Part shown: one piece after another, positions 53,411 through 64,000 of the stretch
Position numbering within the stretch: the first letter of the stretch is position 1
Layout of the letters: every line of letters begins with the position of its first letter
Source: Eledone cirrhosa
Taxonomy: Eukaryota
Assembly (NCBI GenBank): GCA_964016885.1
Contig: OZ024740.1
Location: 209,374,001-209,438,000, forward strand
Direction: 5' to 3'
Length of the DNA: 64,000 nt
Position numbers and translations under genes: made by a program
Notes under the pieces: generated by a model
Databases searched by the model: none
Told to the model about the DNA's origin: nothing
What the model saw: the letters and a program-made list of their open reading frames with translations, nothing else

Positions 53411-54017
53411 ATACATATACTTTATTAAGACTATCCTTTTCATAAACGCCTCCTTCTGTAAATTCTTTAACTAAATCTCCCAAATTTAAATCTAAATCTT
53501 ACTTTTCTAATCTCATCTTAAATGACATCTTTTAATTCTAAACATAAATTTTACATTTCTAATCGTTAATCGTAATTTCTGAACCTACAATGAAAAATAT
53601 ACTGTACAGGCACCCACTATATATAGTTTTGTTAAATATATGTTTTTTGAACAAATATATTTCTTGGCACTTTTTAGCACTTCTGACCAACTTCAATGTA
53701 ACCTGATCCCACCGCTAGCCTCTGTCCGTGACGTGGTGGTAGTAGTGCACTATAAGCTTACGCCCCTTCACCAGAAAGGCATAAGAGGAATTGCTAGTCG
53801 TCACTTGAAGGTGGCTAACCTGACTAGAAACTGCTAAATGTGGCCGCCTTCTTGTCTCTGCCTTTTCAGCCCCTTGGATTATATTCCTTTGTTAAATTTC
53901 GAATACCTGATGTCACCGGATTCATACTGAACCCGGTCATTGAAATGTTCATAGTATAATAAACCTTTAAGGAATTATACCAGTCCAGCCTCCTGTTATT
54001 TTATATATATATATATA

Positions 54018-54275
54018 TTGTTGTTTCCTTGAGCAAGACACTTTATTTCACATTGCTCCAGTTTACTCAGCTGTAGAAATGAGATGATAGGGACTGGGGT
54101 CCATATTATTCCACTGCAAAGTGGTCGTGGAGGTGCCACGGCAAAAAAGCACCCAGCCCACACTGTAAATGAGGTTGGTGTTAGGAAGGGCATACAGCTG
54201 TAGAAATCAAGCCAGAATCAGTTCCCGTCCCACCCTTGCAAGCAGGGAAAAAGCGGACGTAAAATGAAATGATGA
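54018..54275 (+). mobile_element. SINE-B, 5'-truncated
   Basis: Near-identical to the 38069 copy. Confidence 0.85.
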
Positions 54276-54303
54276 TATGTATGTATATATGTGTATGTGC
54301 ATG

Positions 54304-54348
<45 letters not shown>

Positions 54349-54417
54349 TATGTTGTAATCAGTAGCTAGCTATTCTATAAAACTGATGAATAAATAAACA
54401 TAAGTGTATATATATAT

Positions 54418-54600
54418 TTGTTTCTACTTTAGGCACAAGGCCAGCAAATACCCAGTTCATTACTGGTACTTTATTTTATCGACCCCGTAAGGATGAAAGG
54501 CAAAGTCAACCTCGGCGAGATTTGAACTCAGATCGTAAAGGGACGTAACTATGCTGGAAAGCATGGCGTCCGACCCTCTACCGATACTGCCAATCCACCG
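54418..54600 (-). mobile_element. Full-length SINE-A
   Basis: Consensus head, core and tail. Confidence 0.9.
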
Positions 54601-55109
54601 TGTGTGTGTGTATGTATGTTTGTGAGTGCATGAGTAGGTATGTATGTGTGCAGGAAACTGTGTAGGTGTATATTGTTCTGAATGTAAGTGAAACCATTTT
54701 CATATATTAACCTGGATTGTGTTGTAACCAATTAGCTAGGAGATTGTTAATTATTCATGTGATGATTTAGATATCATATTCCTGCTCCTCATTGTCACAC
54801 AAGTCATCACTATCATCATCATCTTGTTTGGATGATTATATCTTTTTTTTTTTTGTTATGACACAGGCATGGCCATCATCATCACCATCACCACCACCAT
54901 CATCATCATCATCGTTTAGTGTCCATTTTTGCATGCTTGCATGGGTTAGATGGGTCGTCCATGCCAAGAGGCAAGTGTGGCCAAGTGCCACATTATGCTC
55001 TGGCGAGGACTGTAAATTTGGCCAGGTATTTTACAGCTGGATGCCCTTCCTAACACCAACCACATTTACAGTCTATGTCGTTCAGAAATTCACTTCACAA
55101 CTATGTGGT

Positions 55110-55385
55110 GTTGGGCCCCATTCCCATGTGTGGTACCTTCGACAAGGGTCTTGTACAATTTGGGCTCCATTCCCTTGTGTGGCACTTTGGAAAAGAGTCT
55201 TGTACAATTTCTGCCCCATTTCCTTATCTGGCACCTTTGACAAGGGTCTTGTACAATTTGGGCCCCATTCCTTTGAGCAGTACCTTGGACAAGGGTCTTG
55301 TACAATTTGGGCCCCATTCCTTTGAGCAGTACCTTGGACAAGAGTCTTGTACAATTTGGGCCCAATTCCATTGTGTGGCAAGGAA
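55110..55385 (+). repeat. 49-bp minisatellite (about 5.5 units) inside SINE-C
   Basis: GACAAGGGTCTTGTACAATTTGGG-type unit at 55141, 55190, 55239 and 55288. Confidence 0.9.
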
Positions 55386-55440
55386 TTGACCAATGTCTTA
55401 TGAGTGAATCCCGTAGATGAAACTGTAAAAAGAAACTTGC

Positions 55441-55475
<35 letters not shown>

Positions 55476-56097
55476 TTGTGCATGTCAGTTTACAAATATT
55501 GCTTAAAACATCAGGTGACATTTGTTTATTTTCTGCATAAACAATATGTCTTACAGAGTAGTATAGCAACAAAGATCAGTGGAGTATATACTATACTTAT
55601 AAATAATGTATCTGTTAGTATCAGGAAGAGTATTCAACTGGAGAATTACTACCTCAAAAAATCTTGTGTAACCCATACCAACATGTAAAAAAGTACATAA
55701 AAATGGTGATGATGATGATACTTTTCTAAATGTTACCTATATTTCTTTGATTTTGATTGGTGCCATTCCAGTATTTTAATGTTGACAATAGAGAGCAACT
55801 TTATAGATGTCTTAAAAAGCATCTAGTCAGAGCTCTTAGCCCTTTCCTTACCATATCATCATCATCATTGTTTAATGTCCATTTTCCATGCTAGCATGGG
55901 CAGGGCGTGCTATCCCTGTGTGCGAGATCAGGTCGGAGGACCATGATTTGCTCACTCAGAACTGATATTGGCTTGGTTTCTACAGCTAGATGCCCTTCTT
56001 AACGCCAAATATCTATAATAAAATATACTGTATTTGAATTAACTGATGGAGAATTTAGAGGGATTTACTAAAATTATTGATTATTTTGTAACATAAT

Positions 56098-56271
56098 TGT
56101 TTCTACTTTAGGCATAAGGGCAGCAAATTACCCAGTGCATTACTGATACTTTATTTTATCGACCCCGTAAGGATGAAAGGCAAAGTCAACTTCGGCGGGA
56201 TTTGAACTCAGATCGTAAAGGGACGTAACTATGCTGGAAAGCATGGTGTCCGACCCTCTACTGATACTACC
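56098..56271 (-). mobile_element. SINE-A with 15-bp TSD ATTTTGTAACATAAT
   Basis: TSD at 56083-56097 and 56272-56286. Confidence 0.9.
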
Positions 56272-57513
56272 ATTTTGTAACATAATAAATGGTTTTTTTA
56301 TCAGATCATGTTGGAAGATTTTAATTTAAATTGGAACCCTTTAAACTGTGTGGTTTGCTTCATAGAGCCAGATGTAATTTTGAACAGGTTGGCATCCTGT
56401 TTCATATCCTTGTGGTGACATTTTTACCTGTTCTCTTTATGTGTTTGTGATCACTCATTAGTGACCAATGAAGATAATAATTTCTTCAGGTATATGATTG
56501 ACTTTTATGTGTCTGTAGATGGCACCTTCACTGTGTCTAGTGAAAGCATGTGGCTTATGGTTAGAGAATTGGATTCACAATCATGAGATTGTGAATTCGA
56601 TTCTCAGACAGGGCGATGCATATTATTCTTGAGAAAGACACTTTATTTCACGTTGCTCCTTCTGCCGTGAATTGCAACCAGTAGATAGTACCAGCAATGG
56701 AAACATTGTTTCCCTTGTTCTGTTTGATGAGTTCTACCCTGCATGGTAAGCAAATAGGTCTAGGATCTTGTCTATAGATGGCTGAGATAGATAGATTCCG
56801 GCATGAAAATAACAGCTACATAAAGTCTGTGAAGATTTTGCTGATTGGTTTCTGTTCTCTGTTTGGCTCTTTACCAAATTTCATTTAAAATTTTCTTTTC
56901 TTAATTTCAAATATTGAAGTAAATATATTTTGTTTTATAATTTCTCATGTTAAATACATGTTTCTGACTTTGGTAGAAGGTCAATTTTGTTGTTGTTTAG
57001 TCTCAGATCATCCCTGGTAGAGTAGACCTCTAATCAAAGGTATTCTAGCTATGAGTAACAATTTTTTCAGAAATAATTTTATCTCACATACACTACATTA
57101 TGTTGTTTTTTAAGACAACAGAATTTTATTTGAGTGAAATTTGGCTGCTATTTCTAGCAGATCTAACAACCATGTTAAGGCTCCTTCATTGGCTTGAGGT
57201 TCATTTTGTAGAAAAGGAATAGTCAATTGAATCAGCCTCAGAATTGTGTTTTACTGTTACATACTGAAGGGAAAGTTGATTCTGGCATGATTTGAGCTCA
57301 GAGCTTAAAAATAATTGAAATTCTAATTGTGTGTTATACATTCTTGTGTGCTATATTTATTGTCTAGACTTACTTAATGGTGTTTGGTATATTAACTGAT
57401 ACAGTTGCTGGAGGAATCTTACGATACTAGATGTAAATTTAATTATTGCCTGAAGTGTCAGAATTATTTTGACTTCAGCCTGTCTTAGATTTATATGCAA
57501 AGGTAACTTCACA

Positions 57514-57566
<53 letters not shown>

Positions 57567-58648
57567 TGAAAAAGGGCGTGGTGCTTTGTTGCGAATATGA
57601 ACATATGAATAAAAATAGACCGAGAAAAGTTCGTCATCAGTAGTCTGCTGATTCTCATTGGTATTTCTTCGCATTAAAGACTAGATACCTAAAATCAGTG
57701 CGAGCGATAACTACATTAAGTTATCGGGACAGAGGAAAGTGAACAAACAACATGGTAGTAATGCAACGTAAAGAGAGGAAAAGAGAGACAAGTCATGAAT
57801 TTTGTGGGCTTAAGATGTTGGTGGTGATGGTGATTATCATCATCATCACCGTTTTACGTCCGTTCTTCCACGCTAGCATGGATTAGGCGGGTTGTCCTGT
57901 TGTGAGCAGTGTCTGGTCGGCTGATCATGCCTTGCTCATACAGGAACTGATTTGGCTTGATTTCTACAGCTGGATGCCCTTCCTAACACCAACCTCATTT
58001 ACAGTGAGTGCTGGGTGCTTTTTCGTGGCGCCTACACGTCCACTTTACAGTGTGGGCTGGCTGCTTTTTTGCCATGGCACCTCCACGACCACCTTGCAGT
58101 GGGAGGGTGTGGGGGCATATTGTCTATATGCTTCAGCTTGTACCCATGGGAGGTCGGGTACTCTGTATTACTGCGTGACGCCAGAGCACCACTATCACCA
58201 CCACAATCACCATCATCATCAAGTCAGTACTTTTTCCACTACTATTTACAGAGGGTCCTGGGTATATTTTACTGTGGCATCAGCACTAAGGTGGTTGTCA
58301 CACAGGCACACACACACACACACATATACATACATGATGGCCACAAACTCGTATTCGAGCATTGCCATCGCCTGATAAAATGCTTTAAAATGTGAGGCAT
58401 GTATATGTACATATATATTTAATATTCAGGGAAAGCAGACATTAAATGTACATTCACTCTTAATTTATTCAATTTTGAGTCTGCCGTTTGTGTCATAACA
58501 GTCTATAATGGAATCAAAGAGGTTGAAAGCTCATTCAGCCTTTTGGGGTTAGCACTGGACCAAGGATACTGATTAGCATTGAGATTCTATAATGTTTACT
58601 AGGAGATATATTGGTAAACCTCAATATAACCCCAACATATACTATATA

Positions 58649-58707
<59 letters not shown>

Positions 58708-59045
58708 TGAAGTTTCCGTTGAAAATTGAAAAAGTCATAGGAGTGAAGAGTGCTCTATGCAAGTACCGTCAGCTTTTATCACCTCATCCCAGGTCTTCTT
58801 GGGTCCGTCCCCCCCACATATATATATATATATAAAAGAAAAGGAGGTTTTTTTTTAAATGGGTGAAAGTATAAGGAAAAGAAATTGAAAATGCAACAGG
58901 AGTCTTTTAAGAATATTTATTTACATACTTTACCGGTTTCACAGTTCTTATGATTTTCGAAAGTAAAATTGAGATGGGGGGGTTTGTGTTTCTGTTGTGG
59001 TTTGTCTCACATCTTTTCCTTATATATATATATGCACATACATAT

Positions 59046-59204
59046 ATATGAAGAGATTCAGGACCCTGGTGGCTGAGCTCCGGCCGTTTCAAGAGCTCAG
59101 CCGTCGGGGTCCTGAATCGCTTCATATTACCCACTCTACTACCCCAAGTATCGAGTACTCTGGTGGGTTATGGTCCATCTGTTTTTTTACCACACCCTGT
59201 CTGA
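59046..59204 (+). mobile_element. Fold-back element, family F
   Basis: Arms 59046-59080 and 59093-59127; tail TACCCACTCTACTACCCCAAGTATCGAGTACTCTGG..; flanked by (TA)n. Confidence 0.8.
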
Positions 59205-59221
59205 TATATATATATATATTC

Positions 59222-60430
59222 AGAGAAATGGCCATGCTCAGTGTGTAGGAAAGGAGTAGGCAGAAATTCCATTTTATGTCCCAAGTGCAAACTACGGGTA
59301 CATAAAAGATGTAGTGGGATCACAGGTAAACTATCTAAGAACGTAGACTTTATATGTGGCCAATGCTCAGGTGCAATAAGTAGCAAGTGCCCACAGGATA
59401 CTAGCTCCTTCTATTGCCCAGATGGTTCTATAGAAATAGTGGACACTTTCCGTTACCTGGGTGACAAAATCAGCAGTGGTGGAGGGTGTTCTGAAAGTAC
59501 AGTAGCCAGAGTCAGAACAGGATGGAAAAAGTTCAGAGAGCTTATACCGCTGTTGGCCACAAAAGGTTTCTCTCTAAAAATGAAAGGCAGATTGTATGAT
59601 GCTTGTATACGAACAGCAATGTTACATGGCAGTGAGGACCTGCATTACGTGCAGAGGACCTGCGTAGACTGGAAAGGAACGAAGCATGCATGCTCCGTTG
59701 GATGTGTAATAGTAATATACATGAACGGCAAAGCATAAATGAACTAAGTGAGAAATTAGGAATAAGAGGGATCAGATGCTGTTTACTTGAGAGAAGACTA
59801 CGTTGGTATGGTCACGTGATGCGCATGAAAGACGACAGCTGCATAAAAAAAGTGCAGGGCGATCAAAATTGATGGTAGTTATGGAGTAGGTAGACCCAGA
59901 AAAACCTGGGATGATCTGATAAATTCCGACCTTATACACTTGCACCTCTCTAAGACAATGTCACTGGACCGAGATCTTTGGTGCTACACAGTAATACAGA
60001 AGACCCGCCTTGCCTATGTACAAAGCGAAACCTACAGTCAGTAGGCCCCTCTTAACCAAATATACACCCCAATCCACTACCCCTACCCTATCCTCCCACT
60101 CCCACCAACACCACCCTCTCTCTGTAAAGTTGGTACCACAACATCCAGTCCAAATAAATGAGATAATGAGATTGAGATCGTGTAGGTGTCACGACAAAAA
60201 GCACACAGTCCACGCTGTAATGTGGCTGTGTAGGTAACACGGTAAAAAGTTCCCAGTTCCACACTGTAAATGTGGTTGGTGTTTGGAAGGGCATCCAGCA
60301 GTAGAAAACCTGCCAGATAGTCATATATGAGCGAGACACGGTCACCCAACCAACTTTGACTCAAGTGGGACAACTCCCGTCTAATCCATGCTAGTGTGGA
60401 AGATGGACGTTAAACGATGATGATGATGAT
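59222..60430 (+). mobile_element. 5'-truncated RTE LINE with complete 3' UTR and (GAT)n tail
   Basis: CRKGVGRNSILCPKCKLRVHKRCSGI..FRYLGD..WKKFRELIPLL..MLHGSE, then frameshifted MLRWMC..RRLRWYGHVMRM. Confidence 0.9.
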
Positions 60431-61748
60431 ATATATATGTAAACTTGAATTTTTAGAGATGTTTCTCTTTATTTCATTTAATTTTTCTTCTCTAAGAAAT
60501 GGAAGACTCTCATCATATGTTAGTTAAGCTGGGTGTGGAATAGCTTCTGTATAGACACAGTTCAACGTCTCCTCCATTACAAGTGATGTATCATAATTTT
60601 CATTCCTAATGTATTATCTTTATTGTTTCTTATTCAACAATGCTTTTTCATTGTAGTATCATACTTCAAACTAAAATACTGCCAACCTATACTGATAACT
60701 GAAATAGATACCAAATACAAACTATTCTTATACACAGTAGCTAAATGGTCTGTTTTCTCTCAATAAATAGTTCTTGTATTGACTAGTGTTTTTTGTGGGG
60801 TTTTTCTTTCTTTTTTCTTGTCTTTTTTTGTATTTTTTTTTCTTTCCAGAATAAATGTCACATGATTATTTCCGAAAATATAAATAGACTGGGTTTAGCA
60901 AGCTGCCACTCAAAGATAGTGCTAACAAAAAACAAAAATAAAAAAAGGGTAACAGAGAAAAGGTCAAAGTATGAGGAGAGCTTTTCTTGTGGGCCAGATG
61001 TTCAATGTTTGTTAATTCTATAAATTATTAGATTATTATATAACATTTTATGTATGTAGGTAATAGTGTTAAGGTTGAGAGGTGAGGTAGTTATCTGTTT
61101 ACACATGAGAAACCTTGCTATTAATATTAAACAGTTGACATAACATCTCATTTATCTTAATCAATAAACCTTGCTGAAAAATAGGTACTATTATTATTAT
61201 TATTTTACAGTTGAATGAGAAGCACCCAGTTGTGAAATAATTGTTATTCACAAAAAAAAAATAAACGGGGAGTAATATGGGCATAAAGTAAACAAGGTGT
61301 AAACATATTTTTCCTTTGTTAAACGTTTGTATAACACTATAGATTAAAATACAAATAACTGAAGATACTTGTCTCAGTTCAATGCTAAACAAACAGACCT
61401 TATTACCTTGTGTATATTGTTTGGTGCCAGTTCAGATATGATTAAGGAAACCTATAATCAAAGGCATTACAGCTATATCTATCTTGAATTTTTTAATTTT
61501 TTGTTTATTTAGACATAGTGTATCTACGACTACATTATCCAGTATCTTTTTTTTGTTTTGAAAATGGTAGAATGTAATTTGAGGGAATTTGGCTGCTATT
61601 TCTAGCAAGTTTGATCGACCATATATAGGCTTGATTGCCTACTATGTTGGTTTTGGTAATGCTTGTTTCTATTTATAAAGTGAACCTCAAGTAAATTCTA
61701 CCATAAATTCCATTAGTTATAAATTCAAAACTTTAACTTGAATAGGGC

Positions 61749-61882
61749 TTAACTTGGGTTTAAATTGAGTGGGGGTTAACTTGAGTGTGGATTTAAATTG
61801 AGTGGGGGTTAACTTGAGTGTGGGTTTAAATTGAGTGGGGGTTAACTTGAGTGTGGGTTTAAATTGAGTGGGGGGTTAACTT
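61749..61882. repeat. 33-bp G-rich minisatellite (about 4 units)
   Basis: TTAACTTGAGTGTGGGTTTAAATTGAGTGGGGG at 61776, 61809 and 61842. Confidence 0.9.
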
Positions 61883-62509
61883 GAAAGGGAAAATGATGCA
61901 AGTAGGTTATAGTTCTGGCAAAGAAGAATTAATGGAAATACAGCAGATTTCTTCCAGAAAATGATAGTGAGTGAGAAAATGGGAGAAAGAGATATAGAGG
62001 AAGAGTCGACCCCAGTACTTGACTGGTACTTATTTTTTATCGATCTTGAATGGATGAAAGGCAAAGTTGACCTCGGCAGGATTTGAACTTGGAGAGCAGA
62101 GAGCCAGAACAAATACTGCAAAGCATTCTATTTGATTTTCTAACAACTCTGCCAACTCGCCGCCTATTGTATAGATAGAAATATAGAAAAAAAAAAAAAA
62201 ATTCTACCAGGCAAAATAAATGTTCTAGATCTTCCTTCTACACTTTAATGCTTACTCTATCTAAACCTATTTTTGCCAGTTGCTGACACACGGTTTCGTT
62301 TCAATAAATATAATTTTAGAACCAAGTCAGAAAAACTACAGTACATACATTTGGTAGTTCTTTATTTTAATAACATAACTATTTATACAGATGTTATATT
62401 TATCAGATGATATACTTGTAATATATGAAGAACAGAATTCTGAAACCAGAATCTGTTGTTACATATGGCTGAAGTGTAAAGGTCATAAATTGTAACAGGA
62501 TGTTGAGCA

Positions 62510-63750
62510 AATAGTAAACAAATACAGTGGAAGCCGGTTATTGTGATCACTTTGGTACAGAGCAATTAATAAATAAAATACAGTTGAAGCCGGTTATTGT
62601 AATCACTTTGGGACAGAGTAAATTAAAAAATAAGTAGAAGCCGGTTATTGTGATCAATTTGGTACAGAACAAATAGTAAACAAAATAGTGGAAGCCGGTT
62701 ATTGTGATCACTTGGGGACAGATGAAATAGTAAACAAAATACAGTGGAAGCTGGTTATTGTGATCAGTTTGTGACAGCAAATTGTAAACAAAATACAGTA
62801 GAAGCTGGTTATTATGATCACTTTGGGACAGAGTAGATAGTAAACAAAATACAGTGGAGGCCAGTTATTGTAATCACTTTGGGACAGAGGAAATAGTAAA
62901 CAAAATATAGTGGAAGCCGTTTATTGTGATCATTTTTGGACAGAGTAGATAGTAAACAAAATACAGTAGAAGCTGGTTATTGTGATCACTTTAGGGCAGA
63001 GCAGATAGTAAACAAAATACTGTAGAAGCTGGTTATTGTGATCACTTTAGGGCAGAGCAGATAGTAAACAAAATACAGTAGAAGCTGGTTATTGTGATCA
63101 TTTTGGGACAGACTAGATAGTAAACAAAATACAGTAGAAGCTGGTTATTGTGATCACTTTGGGACAGACTAGATAGTAAACAAAATACAGTGGAAGCTGG
63201 TTATTGTGATCACTTTGGGACAGATTAGATAGTAAACAAAATACAGTGGAAGCTGGTTATTGTGATCACTTTGGGACAGACTAGATAGTAAACAAAATAC
63301 AGTGGAAGCTGGTTATTGTGATCACTTTGGGACAGACTAGATAGTAAACAAAATACAGTGGAAGCTGGTTATTGTGATCACTTTGGGACAGATTAGATAG
63401 TAAACAAAATACAGTGGAAGCTGGTTATTGCAATCACTTTGGGACAGATTAGATAGTAAACAAAATACAGTGGAAGCTGGTTATTGTGATCACTTTGGGA
63501 CAGACTAGATAGTAAACAAAATACAGTGGAAGTCGTTTATTGTGATCACTTTGGGGACAGACTAGATAGTAAACAAAATACAGTGGAAGTCGTTTATTGT
63601 GATCACTTTGGGACAGACTAGATAGTAAACAAAATACAGTGGAAGTCGTTTATTGTGATCACTTTGGGACAGACTAGATAGTAAACAAAATACAGTGGAA
63701 GTCGTTTATTGTGATCACTTTGGGGACAGACTAGATAGTAAACAAAACAC
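62510..63750. repeat. 56-bp minisatellite, about 22 units
   Basis: Unit TAGTAAACAAAATACAGTGGAAGCTGGTTATTGTGATCACTTTGGGACAGACTAGA with period 56. Confidence 0.95.
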
Positions 63751-63896
63751 TGTAGAGATCCAAAACAAGTAGCATAAGGTGTTTTGTGTTAAGCTGTAAC
63801 ATTGTTGCCAATTTGCCACCCCTACACCTACAAACAGTGTGGACCACATCCAATAAATGGTCATTTAACTGATTAGCATTGTTTAACTTACAAATA

Positions 63897-64000
63897 TACA
63901 AGGGTCATCTAAAAAGTTCCTAGGCTGACCAAGATACTCTCATGGAATGAGCAAATGAGATTTATTTTTTAACATGGTTCCTGGAATGAAATTAATGCAT
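63897..64000. mobile_element. Mariner-type MITE (left part, runs to the window edge)
   Basis: TA-CAAGGGTCATCTAAAAAGTTC; homologous to 9053-9170. Confidence 0.7.

Noticed and set aside
60850-60950. Exon after a strong acceptor (tttctttccag at 60849)
   Set aside because: Two frames stop quickly and the open frame gives no recognisable peptide; insufficient without RNA data.
62510-63750. CRISPR-like periodic array
   Set aside because: Units are contiguous with no unique spacers, there are no cas genes and the context is eukaryotic; the same applies to the arrays at 28738, 43762 and 55110.

Overview
AT-rich, microsatellite-dense eukaryotic non-coding DNA. The SINE and LINE families suggest an Octopus-type cephalopod genome (my inference), probably a large intron or intergenic block. 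No intact protein-coding gene is supported. Nearly all supplied ORFs are simple-repeat artefacts or transposon debris. The window contains decayed non-LTR retrotransposons (R4/Dong-like, L1/Tx1-like, several RTE), a Penelope-like GIY-YIG remnant, three tRNA-derived SINE head families with swapped bodies, piggyBac, hAT, Tc2 and mariner MITEs, a non-autonomous Helitron and several minisatellites. The strongest signal is a set of seven short fold-back (inverted-duplication) elements inserted in (TA)n tracts. They carry hammerhead-ribozyme halves, a shared ACTC...GTATTGAGTAC terminal hairpin and, in one family, a fixed fold-back boundary. With one complete minimal hammerhead and the GIY-YIG remnant, this points to a TA-targeting Penelope-like retroelement system. 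Also notable are an ATTAT target preference of the Deu/Nin-like SINE, minisatellites apparently born from TE pieces, and a few unverified candidate micro-exons on the + strand.
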